Shown: piece after piece, positions 24,701 to 37,771 of the stretch
How the letters are laid out: each line of letters begins with the position of its first letter
Numbering within the stretch: the stretch's first letter is position 1
DNA from: Anthoceros angustus
Lineage: Eukaryota > Plantae > Anthocerotophyta
Assembly: GCA_010909165.1 (NCBI GenBank)
Contig: MU008206.1
Coordinates: 1 to 64,000 of the forward strand
Reading direction: 5' to 3'
Length of the DNA: 64,000 nucleotides
Notes under the pieces: generated by a model
What the model was told of the DNA's origin: nothing
Database searches by the model: none
The model's input: the letters and a program-made list of their open reading frames with translations, nothing else
Translations under genes and position numbers: made by a program

Positions 24701-26774
24701 CCTCACCTGCCCAATTCTGCGGAAAAAAAAAGGAAAAAAAGAAAGAAGGGCAAGGCATCCCGCACAAAAGAAACGCAAAGAACAGACTTCGAACAACACC
24801 ATCTCCAGGTACACCAGCAGCATAGGCATATGCAGCTACAGCAGTTGCCACCTCAGTACTTGCCATCTCAACGACCTCAGGAAAAATGTCCGTGGATTCC
24901 AAGGACTTGAAAGCAAATCGAGTGAAGCACATGCTGGGAAAGCATGATCCTGATGTCCAAAGGCAATTGCAGCCACAACAGCTCCGTACTTTTGTCAAAG
25001 TCCTGATAAGCTGCTGCTTCATGGAAGCGATGAAGCGACAGTTATGCACTAAGTTAGTAATCACATGCTAAGCCATCACAGCATCATGACCACAAACAGT
25101 GTCTTCCCCGCAGGTTTGTAGGCTCCATTTCCCAAGCAACACTCCTTACAAACCCATATATGACCCACTTTTAACTGAATCTCTGTTGCATGCGCTGCTC
25201 CTCTTCCTTGTGATGCTGATGCTCTGCTTACGCTGCCTACCTTTCGAGCTTCCACACTCCATTGCTACCTGTTGGATGCTTCCGCTATCTTCCTTCCTCC
25301 TTGCGCAGACAGCCCTAAACCCAGAACTCACGCGGATGAGATGAAGCATGCTAGCACAAGGTCACATAGAACATCTATTAGCACTTCCTGGCTACCATGG
25401 CTTTTGCATGCATGTTCATCGGCAAACACATCTTTGGTTTGTCTCATTTCCGCATGAAAGCTCAGTAAGACGGGCTTCCTAGCCCATGGCCTGCTGGGAA
25501 GGCATGTCAATCTCCTCCTACAGAGCAATCCATGTCTGACAAGTCCATCAAATACACACTCTGAGCATCCTCCACGCTGCCACACTATTTCCATTCAGCG
25601 GCACAAACACATCCGCTGCTTCTCCTCCCTCACTCACACAATGGAAGCCACGTTCCTTTCTTGGTTCTTGGAGCATTTCTAATTACATTCGACAATCAGA
25701 AGACTCGAAAAAGTAGACTCTAGGATTCCAAACTCCTCCTTCTACTACTACTTCGGGGAATCACAACAGCGTTCCTCGCAAGCTGTCGCTGGTGATAAAG
25801 ATAAAGCTATTCCAAGACATTCCGAGACATCAAGCTCTCCTCTCATGACCTCATGGTGCATCGTTTCCGACTCGTCATCGACATAATAGGTACATAGGTA
25901 TACATATAACCTATGTACTTACTTGTGTACATGTAGGTAGCGTGGGGAGCAACCCGAATCCCAAGACGTGGTTCCACGTTCCATATCCCACGGAACGGGG
26001 TCCCGGCTCCGAGTTAGGGAAGCGGGGAATCGATGCTGTTATTTCGAATGAGATGATGTAACTAAACCTGGACGCGTCAAACGGTGTTTGCCATAAAGAC
26101 AGGCGGGCTCCTGGATCTAATAAAGTTCCCACCTCTTGTTGCCTGTGCATAGATGAAGGATGAAGTACCTATGAGGGGCTCGCCGCTCGCCGCTCGCAAC
26201 CCAAGGCAAGTAGGGCAGTCTGGGCAGACCGCATGCACATCATGAATGGCTGAAACAAGCCCAGTTCCGGCTCCCGCTTCCCACGTTCAACGACTACCGG
26301 CCACCAATGCCACCACCGACAGGTGGCCGCGGCCGTGGCCGGGAAGCCTTATACGATAGCGGCGGGCACGCGTCCGCCTCATTAAATCGCGCCGCGTGGC
26401 CACGCCTGATATTACCGTTTGAGTGGCCCTCGGCACGTGGCGCGCAGACCGGGGACTGCCGGTGTGGACCATGGCCGAATGATTGAACCCAGGTTTCCAG
26501 TTCGACTTCCCACCACGGAAGGAAGGCTGTACACCTTCCTGCCTGCCGCTGGTAGTTAGCCTAAACGGCCTTATTAGGGACCAGCTTCAAGTTTTCAACT
26601 AACCGGTGCAACCCGAGCGTGAATCGTGAATCATGAAAGGAGGAGGCTAATGGAAGGTACCGCATGACTGATTGGCAGTTGGTACAGGCTTCACGAGTCG
26701 TGGTCGTCAAAGCGTAATGTAAACCTGACCCAACCCGACCGTCCCATGCCGTGCCGTGCCGTCCCGTCCCCTCT

Positions 26775-26820
26775 CGGGGGGCGGACGATGGTGTCTACAT
26801 ATACCATCGTCCGCCCCCCG
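26775..26820. repeat. Perfect 18-bp inverted repeat with 10-nt spacer
   Basis: cggggggcggacgatggt (26775-26792) and accatcgtccgccccccg (26803-26820). Confidence 0.9.
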
Positions 26821-26851
26821 ACTCCGACTCGCCGCGCTAATCCCGAAGGAG

Positions 26852-29756
26852 GTCCCGGCTCCCCGGTAACCTCGTTACCCTGTAGCCGGAAGTTGAGGAA
26901 GCTTATTATTGAGTCACCCTCAATATTGAGCTGATGAAAATGGGGATTCGGGAAGCCTCTTCTCGTTTCTTTTCCTTTTCCTGGTCTCTCTCTACCTCTC
27001 TCGCTCTTCTTTCCTCCTCTCTCTCTCTCTGTCTCTCTCTCTCTCTTCTTTCCTTCTCTCTCCTCAGGAGGACAGCCAAGGCCCTGACGACAACAGCTGG
27101 TCTGCTCGCCGTCTACACCATGTGTGCCTGCTGGCCCCAGGGATCAGCCAGGAAGGAGCAAGGAAAGGAAGGAAAGCAGGATGGAATGAGGAAAGCGAGC
27201 AAGGAGGGATGGAAGCATGGGCACGGCACTGCACAGCACAGCACAGCACAACGACCGCTAGCAGAGCGAGCAAGCAGGGGCTGGGGAAGACGCGGATAGC
27301 CTACAGGGTGCTCCTGAACATTCGCCTGGGCTGGGTCCCTCCTTGCGGCATGTGAGCATAGCCTCCTGGCGACTTCTCAGAGCCCGGCCTCTGTAGCCCT
27401 CCCACCCTTTTCCGCACTTGCCCTCCGCCCATGAGACCACCTTGCTCTCTGGCTGCGGCACCTGGCCTCCCTGCGCTTTCCTGCCTTTCCCTCCCGGGCC
27501 TCCTCAAATCTTGCCTCCTTCTCCTCTTCTTCTTGTTATCACCACTGCACTGCCCCCGCACCGCTCACTCCCTGACTCCTCACTTCTGTTTTGCGGTTAC
27601 GCGCTTCTTGCTTCCGCTGATTTTCTTGTTCCACGCCACGGGAGCACCCAACCACCGAATGGAGCTGGGAGCTGGGGCTGGAGCCACCCGGCATGCGGTG
27701 CCTGGCCTAGCGTTGTCAACTTTCTTGTCCTCAGCATGAAAACTGCTGCTGCTGTTGTTTCCCTGCCCTCTCCTTTCTTTTCTTCCCCTCCCCCTCTTCC
27801 CTCTCTAACCTCCCTGCATCCCCCGGCCCTCTCGGCTGTAGCACCCCTGGAGCCAGTGAGAGATCACCTGCCTTGCCATCTTCTCCGGAATGTTCGCCAG
27901 ACCCACTTCTCCGCTCTCGCCGCCGCTCCTTCCCCATTTGTTCTAGGTGGAATTTACAATGCCACCGCCTCTATGCACTGACTGCGGTTTTGGCGAATTG
28001 TCGGGCCACGCGTGCGCACCAGGATCCGCTCACCCCGTCTACTAGTACTTGCCAATTGCTGCCGGGACTTCCAGCTGTCCGCTGTCGCACCACCACCATC
28101 CAGTGCTTCTTGTGCTGCCGCCATTTGCCACAATTTCGGTTTCGGAATAGTCGATTCAGCGGCGCCTACTCCAGGAGGAGCACGCATGCGCCACATCCAG
28201 GATCACCAGTACCAGTTACAGGCACCTGCTTGTTGCACAGGAAGTTACACCTTGCGCCTGGCGATTCCTGCCCATTCTTCAGTCCCGGCTCCCCGGTAAC
28301 CTCGTTACCCTGTAGCCGGAAGTTGAGGAATTGAGTCACCCTCAATATTGAGCTGATGAAATGGGGATTCAGGAAGCCTCTTCTCGTTTCTTTTCCTTTT
28401 CCTGGTCTCTCTCTACCTCTCTCGCTCTTCTTTCCTCCTCTCTCTCTCTCTGTCTCTCTCTCTCTCTTCTTTCCTTCTCTCTCCTCGGGAGGACAGCCAA
28501 GCAAGCTCCCTGGACGACAGCGCTGGTCTGCTCGCCGTCTTCCCCTCTACACCCGTGTGCCCGCTGGCCCCAGGGATCAGCCAGGAAGGAGCAAGGAAAG
28601 GAAGGAAAGCAGGATGGAATGAGGAAAGCGAGCAAGGGAGGGATGGAAGCATGGCACAGCACGGCACTGCACAGCACAGCACAGCACAACGACCGCTAGC
28701 AGAGCGAGCAAGCAGGGGCTGGGGAAGACGCGGATAGCCTACAGGGTGCCCCGAACATTCGCCTGGGCTGGGTCCCTCCCCTTGCGGCATTGTGAGCATA
28801 GCCTCCTGGCGACTTCTCAGAGCCCGGCCTCTGTAGCCCTCCCACCCTTTTCCGCAATTTGCCCTCCGCCGGGCCTACGAGACCACCTTGCTCTCTCTGG
28901 CCGCGGCACCTGGCCTCCCGCGCTTTCCTGCCTTTCCCTCCCCGGGCCTCCTCAAATCTTGCCTCCCTTCTCCTCTTCTTCTTGTTATCACCACCGCACC
29001 GCTCCCCGCAATTCGCTCACTCCCGACTCCTCACTTCTGTTTTGCGGTTACGCCGCTTCTGCTTCCGCTGATTTTCTTGTTCCACGCCACGGGAGCACCC
29101 AACCACCGAATGGAGCTGGGAGCTGGGGCTGGAGCCACCCGGCATGCGGTGCCTGGCCTAGCGTTGTCAACTTTCTTGTCCTCAGCATGAAAACTGCTGC
29201 TGCTGTTGTTTCCCTGCCCTCTCCTTTCTTTTCTTCCCCTCCCCCTCTTCCCTCTCTAACCTCCCTGCATCCCCCGGCCCTCTCGGCTGTAGCACCCCTG
29301 GAGCCAGTGAGAGATCACCTGCCTTGCCATCTTCTCCGGAATGTTCGCCAGACCCACTTCTCCGCTCTCGCCGCCGCTCCTTCCCCATTTGTTCTAGGTG
29401 GAATTTACAATGCCACCGCCTCTATGCACTGACTGCGGTTTTGGCGAATTGTCGGGCCACGCGTGCGCACCAGGATCCGCTCTCACCCCGTCTACTAGTA
29501 CTTGCCAATTGCTGCCGGGACTTCCAATTTCAAGCTGTCAGCTGCTGTCGCACCACCACCATCCAGTGCTTCTTGTGCTGCCGCCATTTGCCACAATTTC
29601 GGTTTCGGAATAGTCGATTCAGCGGCGCCTACTCCAGGAGGAGCACGCATGCGCCACATCCAGGATCACCAGTACCAGTTACAGGCACCTGCTTGTTGCA
29701 CAGGAAGTTACACCTTGCGCCTGGCGATTCCCTGCCCATTCTTCAGTCCCGGCTCC
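26852..29756. repeat. ~1.45-kb tandem duplication of the ESMD1 upstream region, including CT microsatellites
   Basis: Copy 1 is 26852-28281 and copy 2 is 28282-29745. The 11-mer gtcccggctcc occurs at 26852, 28282 and 29746. Confidence 0.9.
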
Positions 29757-29815
29757 GCTCCCTCAGATCTGCTGCTCCCTTCCCCATGGACGACGGGGGT
29801 TGACTCCTTCACTTG

Positions 29816-32482
29816 ATGCGCAACGCCTCCGGGCTTATGCATGCTCTCCAGCCCACGCCTCCTGCTTTCCCAAAACTCTCTCCTCGCAAATTGCGCAATG
29901 GTCGGACGAAATCTGTGCGCATCCAGGGAATTCAGTTTCTTCCGCAACGCGGCATTATGCACTACTTTGCTTGCCTCATCCTCTCCTTCTTTCTCAAGCG
30001 CCATGGACTCTTTCTTCTTGCGCCGGTTATCTACATCTCGGGGATGCTCCTTTACATGGGAACCATTTCCCTAGAGATTCCCAGGATACCGAAGTACTCG
30101 CCTCCTGGATCTCTTTATCGCAGCTCCGAAGTCTTTGACACGTTGTGGCCGGAAATGCAAGGAGATGCCAGAACTTTTCCCGGGGTGAGTCTTCTTGAAT
30201 TTCCTCCTCCTTGCCGCAACTCTAACAGCCAGCAATTTCAATTTGTCGTGGGAATCTGAGTCAAGCAATCTGTGTCCAACTAGGTTAAGGACGCTTGGGA
30301 GCATCCTCGCCCTGAGGAGAGGTGGAAACCCTGCCTACATCATAAGGCCGACCACGCAGGTAGGTACCTCTCCTCCCACATTATTTCTCACACATTCTGC
30401 ACCACTTGGTTCGCTTCATCGCTACAGTCGTTTCTAATTCTTCCAAGTCTGAATTCCTCAGTGTCACGCTCAAATGGATACATTGTTATTGAAGCCAATG
30501 GAGGGCTGAATCAGCAGCGTTCCACAGTAAGTGCCTCATTTGTGTCCACAGTCGGACAATTCTCGTGAACAATTGGTGTAACAGATGTGCTCAGTGTCTG
30601 CCAGTCTCTCCTTTTGAAGTTCGCTCTTTCGATCCATCATCACTGCTTCTGGCTTGCACGAAGTTTCCAAACCTAATGCTCTTGCTGAATGTGTAGATCT
30701 GCAATGCTGTCGCAGTTGCAAGGCTTCTTAACGCCACGCTTGTCATTCCTCGCTTTCATCTGAATAGTGTTTGGAAAGACCGTAGGTAAGAAGCCCGTAA
30801 GCCTAACAGAAGTGCTTCAACTTTCTTGAATGACTGTGGCAAACAAATTTGCACAATGCACGGTTTCTTAACCGAGAGCGGTTTGGTATGTAGCGTTTTT
30901 GGCGATATATATGACGAGGAGCATTTTATCACATCGCTGGCAAGAGATCTGACAATTGTCAGAGAACTTCCTCCTGAGCTTATGGACGAGCAAGGAAATA
31001 TGACTAACATCTACAATGTCAGAGTCAAGGCCTGGGCACGACCTGAGTTCTACCGGGAAACAGTTTTGCCAAAGCTGATTGAAACCAGGTTTGCTGCTGG
31101 ACTTATGCACGCCGTTGTAGTGTTGACTATACATAGCCGCCACGGCAATGGTCACTCTCTAACCTTGGAGCCTTGTCCGTATTGTCTCTTGCAGGGTGCT
31201 TAGATTTGCTCCATTTGCAAATCGTTTGTCTTTCGACGGAATTCCACATGACATCCAGCAACTTCGGTGCAGAGCAAATTTTGAGGCTTTGAGATTTGCA
31301 GAACCTATCTCTGTCGTAGGGCAAATGTTGGTGAAGCGAATGGTTGAGAAGAGCCGTTTGAGCAATGGAAGATATATTGCCGTTCATCTTCGCTTCGAAA
31401 AGGTTAGTAAGGCTTCCGATTCTGTGGTTCTTATAAGGCTTTCTGGTGTGTATGAGGATTGACCCAATGGATTGGCGGTTTCTGCAGGATATGGTTGCTT
31501 TTTCATGTTGTATTTACGATGGTGGAGACGTTGAGAAAAAGGAGATGGATGAGGCCCGAGAAGTGGGATGGCGGGGTAAATTCACCAGGCCTGGACGGGT
31601 TATCAAACCTGCAGCTTTAAGGAGAGATGGCAAGTGCCCTCTCACACCTGTTGAGGTGAAGACTAGCACCCTAGACTCGAAGTTTGACTTTGCATTGAAG
31701 ACGAAATTTGTACGCAGATAGTAAGTAATATCTGGTGTACCTGCAGGTGGGTATGATGCTGAGGGGAATGGGCTTTAAGAACGACACACCCATTTATCTT
31801 GCATCTGGTAAAATCTACAAGGCTGAGAAGTTTGTTGAGCCTCTCAGGCAGATGTTTCCCGCTTTGCAGACAAAAGAGACTCTCTTGTCACCGGCAGAAC
31901 TTGCTCCATTCAAGGTTGGTGCCCCCGCTAGTGTTGTTTGTGGAGGTGGCTGTCCCGATGTGATGTCGCATTCACGTGCTTAAGGGTGTTCAAACCTGTG
32001 GTTGCAGAACTTCTCTTCCAGAATGGCTGCGCTGGACTACACAGTGTGCCTCCACAGCGAAGTTTTTGTAACAACACAGGGAGGTAACTTCCCGCAAATT
32101 TTGATCGGGCATAGACGCTTGCTGAATAAGGGTCATTCGAAGACTATTCGACCTGACAAGCGCAAACTGGCTTTGTTACTGGACAATCCCAGCATCGGGT
32201 AAGTGCAAAGCTGCTTCTCGTGACATTTTTCGGGGGTGGACTGTAGTGCTGTAGTGCCAGATGTAGCCGCCTTGGTGGTCGCAGTCACTAACTTGATTCC
32301 TCGCCGGCCTCTGCAGATGGGACGCATTTTCCGGACACATGATGAGCATGAGACGACACAGTGACTTGAAGGGGCATGAGTTGAGGAAGCCGAACGCATC
32401 GATTTACACCTATCCTGCTCCGGAGTGCATGTGCCCAGAGAGACTCGTCAGATCACCTCCAGAGTTCAGCGCACTAGAATAG
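29816..32482 (+). CDS. ESMD1: O-fucosyltransferase family (GT106) protein, ESMERALDA1-like, multi-exon
   Basis: Collinear with Arabidopsis ESMD1: [120 protein letters not shown] introns; TAG stop at 32480-32482. Confidence 0.9.
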
Positions 32483-33441
32483 AATAGAACTAGAACTCGC
32501 AACAGCATCACTGCTGTTCCAGAAGTGGCCATTGACGCAGTGGTTGCTTCTTTGTACTCTACTAGGACCTCCTCACCTGGCTATAATGGGATTCTTGATG
32601 GCGGATAGAGGCCGCGACGGGTCACGGGTGTGGCTTTTCTCTATCTCTTGCGTGGCTTGCGATTCTTCTTGCCACAGTGCACTCACAGGAGTTGCTGTGA
32701 CCACAGAGCCTTGTGAGATAGCAGTCTCAGACCTGGATTGGGAAAATGAGACTGTGTCGGGTGTAAAGCAAGGCAAGCGGGGAACGGCAGTGTACGAGGT
32801 ATGCACAAGTGTGCACTATACACACACATGTATGTCCGAGGCCCTGTCATCGGCTAAGCCGGCGAAGCCGCCCAGATTTGTCTGCTTCTGCTGACCCTGG
32901 GGAAGGCAGAAGTCAGGACTGGCTTGCCACCTTGGTGCAGACAGATGGCGTTGAACAGTTTAATTTTTTCTATCTAAAATGGCTTGCAATGAATGGATCA
33001 AACGAAGGGCTGCGCTGTGATCCTGGATTCCTGGTGCCATGGGCGTGCAATGACAAGCAAGCATGGGTGTGGGTGCCGCTCATCCTAAATGCATGACAAG
33101 CAATGAAGGTGCAGCGCAGCAAGCAGGTTCGGCAGCGACGCAGTGGGCAGGACAGAGTGCAGGCCAGGGAACTGGGCCAGGCTCCAGGCCTCGGGCGACA
33201 GGCCTGTGCTGGCAGGGATGGCTGTACCTCATGTGGGAGCAGTAGGAAGAAAGTGTGCCTGTCTGGTCACATGGTGCTTGCACAGCGAGGTGCAAAGTGC
33301 AAGCAGTCAGGCCCGTTTCTAGGCCCTCAAGTGGCCGCAACGGACCAGGCCCGGATGGAGCGTTGCACGGTGGGGCCCTTTTCACCTTCGCCCAGTGGCT
33401 GCCATCTTTTTGAGTTCCTTTGTGTCACCGTAATTTATCAG

Positions 33442-36400
33442 GATGATGATGATTTATTGAGGTGAAAGAACGATGGAAAGAGACCATCTAGGAGGGGACA
33501 ACAAATGGGGACCCGGGGGTCGGAGTGAAGAGGAGCAACTGAGCTCCCTACCTAAAGTGACCAACTCGCACACAATGTCATATGCTGTAGAATAAACGGG
33601 CCTGCAAAACCACGGAGGAAGAGGAAAAGGCATCACCCACCGCCGCCGCCTTATGGAGAATCGCCGCTGAGAGCGCCTGAAGAGCAATAGAAACCCGCCG
33701 GAAGTATGCCGGAAGTACGAGAGGACGCACTATGCGCGCATGGTAAGCTTTGGCACAAGACTTGATGGTGTCAAAGTCCTCATTACATAGCGTTTCTAGA
33801 GCAAGCGGGATAAAGAGGTGGCCCTTGCATCTGCTATACTTACGGACCTTGAGCCTGCCGCAGGCGGCGGACTGGGCGGTTGGTGATGACACGGGCGGAG
33901 GTCTCACGTGCGGTCGATAACCACTACATCCGCCACCACAACCGGTCGCCACGACAAGGTATAAGTCCTACCGATTGAACGACCAGAAGAGTATACTCCC
34001 GCCCCTCCAGCCATATAGCCACTTTCGCGAGCAATGGCAAACATGACGCCACGGATGGCGCCTGAGTGGCAATGCGCGATGACTCGTGGGGACAACGAGC
34101 AAGGTGGACACCGTGAGACGCCAAGAGCAGAGCCGACTCACAAGTGAGGAGCCAAGAAGCCACAGTCGGAGTAGGCCGAGACGGAATCGCATCGCAGAGT
34201 GAAGGTGGTTGCGCGATGTGAAATCCTCATGCATGGGCGGCCAAGAGCTACACCGCCTCCCTTCCTGTAACAAGAGCGAGCCGCCTAGTGGACCTCGAGA
34301 TGGAGGGGTCCCGGAGGATGATCAAAAGCTCGGCCGAGCCGCTTCTCGAGCAGATGCCGCAATCCCTAAAGCCATCTGATAAATGTAGAGAAAGGAGGGA
34401 AGTCCTTCCGAGCATCCGCCGATAACATGTCTCCGGCCCGCCTCAAGGACGATTGAGAGAGAAGGTTCCCTCCACACTTGATACGAGATCCTCGAGAAGG
34501 GCTTGTCATGGAGGATGAAACGGAAGCCAAGGCAGGGCGAGGGCCCAACTCCCAAGAAAGCCGCCGGGAAGAGACCGATGAGAGCCCCACGCCCAAATTG
34601 CACAGTGGGGATGCTGCCAGTCGCCTGTGGCACTCAAAAGCCCCGAGCCCAAGATGTCCCCAAGAGTATCCATAATCTTCAGATCAAACCCCGAGCCGGA
34701 CAAAAGGACCGAGACGGAGGCAACAGACGATGAGGTACCTGTGGCGCCTAGCAAACAAAGGAAAGGATTCCAAAGGCCACCTGAGCATCCTCCAGCAAAG
34801 GGAGGTCCCCAATATGGGAGAGGTCCTCTGCAAGGGCCTTGTCCAGGAAGCTCCCAATGAAGTCGGGGGAACCAAAGGGGACCCCAAGAATCCGCAGACC
34901 AAGAGCCGGAGCAATCTCCCCAGCAGGAAACTGCAGAGTAGGCAGGATCCCCGACGGGGACCAGACGCGGCACTTGGACATCTTGACCTTCAAGCCCACC
35001 AACGAAAGCTCGGAAGAGAATATCTCAAAGGCCTCCTTGACTTTGTCCCCAGGCCCGAGGATGTGAGAATCGCCCCGCCAACAAGGAAGACACAACAAGG
35101 AGAGAGGGCGGCCTAGACCCCTATAGTGAGCAATAGCGAAGAGAGCACCGCCTAGCGGTCGCCTTGCTCGTACTGGCCGATTCCAAGACGAGACGCAAAC
35201 TCAAGAGACGTTTGTGCCGGTAGTAGAGGTTGGAGGACCTCCGTAGAAGCAGGACAAAAGGGTATAAGACTCCCTAGACGCCGCAAGATCCCTAAGCTCC
35301 TCAAAGATGACGCCCGGAAATGGTATTGAAGGCGTTCTCGACATCCACCGTAAGACTACCCAATCCGGGGTATCAAGGCAAGCTTTCACCCCTAGCACCA
35401 TGCACACAGCCTCCTGAGTGGCAATGCCAAATTGAAGGTTGAAGTGTCACCGGAGAAGGGAGCCAGCGCATATAGTGCCGAGTAGCCGCATGAAGGCCTC
35501 CCCAACCGCGAGTGGGCGACGCGAGTGTGGGCTTTGTCCATAGCGACAAGCCTACTAGCAACAAATAAACCGGTGAGGCATCTCTCCACGAGCCACCGCA
35601 GCCCAGAGAAAAGAGCTCGAAAGCCGCTGATGGATCTTCGGGAGAAAGAGGTCCCTAAGGTGTTCGAACACCATTCCGACAAACCGTGATGAAAGACGAG
35701 GGTGGAGAGAGCCGAGCAAAAGCCGCCGGTCCAGGAGAAGGGATCCTCCGGGACATACGGATATGTCCGGGAATGGCATCCTTAGGTGGCGGATGGAGGC
35801 ACGGAGGGCAGCAATTGTCTCTTCAAGCGGAGGCCGAGGGACGGTCAAGAGCCCTAGCAGTGGGCATATTCACCCGCCTGCCAAGCAACTTGCGGCGAGG
35901 TTTGTTGCATCCCAGACTGCTCCAACCGGCCGAGATTCCCGGGACTTGGCAAAGACGACGCCTCCTCTCAAGAGCCGCCCACCAAACGTCAAGACGGCTA
36001 GCAACTTCACTTGCTCAAGCCCCCTAGTGCAATCAAGACACCATCGGGAGAAGAAGGAGGAGACACCAAGCTAACTCATCCCGGATCGAGTGCAAGGCGA
36101 TCTAGGGAAGACGAAATGCCGACGGCATCATCGTGAAGGTGCCGAGGAAGCTCGAAGATGCGCGACATGGAAAGGGTTTCAACATCCCAAGGATGTGATC
36201 CATGACCGCAACCATTCCTGTGAAGAAAGAGGCACCACAAGGAGAAAGCTACATGCGCCGGCGGGCGTGGACGGGAGGTCGCAGGCACTTGGGCAGCCTG
36301 TAGTCCGGGTCGAAATCTTTATGCATGTGCCCGAGGTGAGTTTTCACCCCTTGACGCCGCAGAGTTGAGCATGATCGGACAAGGAGTGTCCTTGACAACA

Positions 36401-36973
36401 CGGAGGGTGTGGATCGCCCCATTGGATGGATGGGGACGAAAAGGGCCTGCAAACGCCAGCTTGAAGGGTAACAGGTGGCAAGAGGTACCGGGACCGAGGG
36501 CAAATGACCCCACTGACCGGACAGAGTTTGAGTCTGGCGATGGCGAACCCCAAAAGGCCGGCCAAAGGGCCCCAGCCAAGAGGGGTGCAACCCACTGTGA
36601 CCACCGCCAACCACCAAACTAACGCCCACACACTGTAACTCAAGACTCAAAAGCCGGGAAGGAGATCCTCAGAAATGGAAAGAAGCCCAACCAAAAGCGT
36701 GTATAAGCAAAGAATCCATACATCAATCGCAACATCTAGGGCCTAGCAAATCAGCAACACCTAGGGCATAGCACTCCGCAACATCTAGGGCCTAGCATTC
36801 ACCGCAACACCTAGGGCATAACACTCAACCGCAACATCTAGGCATAACACTCAACGCAACATCTAGGGCCTAGCATCACCGCAACCTAGGGCATAACACT
36901 CACCGCAACATCTAGGGCCTAGCATTCAACGCAACACCTGGCATAACACTCACCGTAACATCTAGGGCCTAGC
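33442..36973 (-). mobile_element. CRE-like non-LTR retrotransposon, copy 2 (near full length, frameshifted)
   Basis: Collinear with copy 1 but retains the QGDxLGGALFA region (~35140-35170). RLE motifs DVVVID, KVRKY, FIPLALET. The 3' end reads AATAAA(TCA)n on the minus strand (33442-33458). Confidence 0.8.
36728..36973. repeat. Minisatellite, ~10 units of ~26 bp, mostly alternating A/B
   Basis: Units cgcaacatctagggcctagcattca and cgcaacacctagggcataacactca. Confidence 0.9.
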
Positions 36974-37771
36974 CTTCCAAGTAGCCAATATATAAGATTA
37001 ACTCCTCGACATGTAATCGTAGCACTGCACTCAAAGCGCCAATATAATGAGCTTGTAATTGATAACATCCCTTATCTTCACCTCGATTCGAATGTGAAAA
37101 TATCTTCCCAATCATTGGCTCATTCCATATAGCTTAAGAACTGCATGTCACCCAAGATGTACCATGCCTTGTCAATCTTCACTTTATCCTCAAAAGGTTC
37201 TATGCCTTCCGATCTTATTATCCGCCAACGACGGCACATATTCCACCGAGGTTTCAACCCCTAGTTCTTGTCAACACAAAGATCATCTCGCCTTTAAATC
37301 TCAATGACATGCATAGAAGCTTTGTGATGGATATATGATGTTTGAATATAGTGGGCTCACATCAAGATTGAATATATATACGCCGAGCAAGAGAGCACCG
37401 CCAAAGAAACCACTTCCAAGATGGGTTCTAAAGGAACACCACTTCCAAAGAAGGAAGACCACTCTCCTTGATATATAAGGCTTAACATCTTGAGGATAGA
37501 GGAGCCCTAGCCAAGATCATTGCCCTCGATGACATAGCATAGAAGCTTTGTGACGGATATATGATGTTTGAATATAGTGGGGCTCACATACATCAAGATT
37601 GAATATATATATACGCGAGCGAAGAGAGCACCGCCTCAGCAAACCACTCCCAAGATGGGTTCTACACAGGAAGGAACACCACTCTCCACAGCAAGAAAGA
37701 CCACTCTCCACAGCAAGCAGCAGCAGCACTATCCACTCTGCCTACAATATCTTGAGGATAGAGGAGCCCTA

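Noticed and set aside
24880-25870. Possible small gene or lncRNA
   Set aside because: No recognisable protein motif or structure.
26934-29803. ORFs of 100-228 aa in the duplicated region
   Set aside because: Low-complexity CT/GC-rich leader sequence; reading frames are not preserved between the two copies.
36728-36973. CRISPR-like array
   Set aside because: Units are contiguous with no unique spacers, there are no cas genes, and the context is eukaryotic. It is a minisatellite.
36980-37770. KDZ/CxC transposase remnant
   Set aside because: Only a vague resemblance; no diagnostic Cys cluster or catalytic motif is readable.
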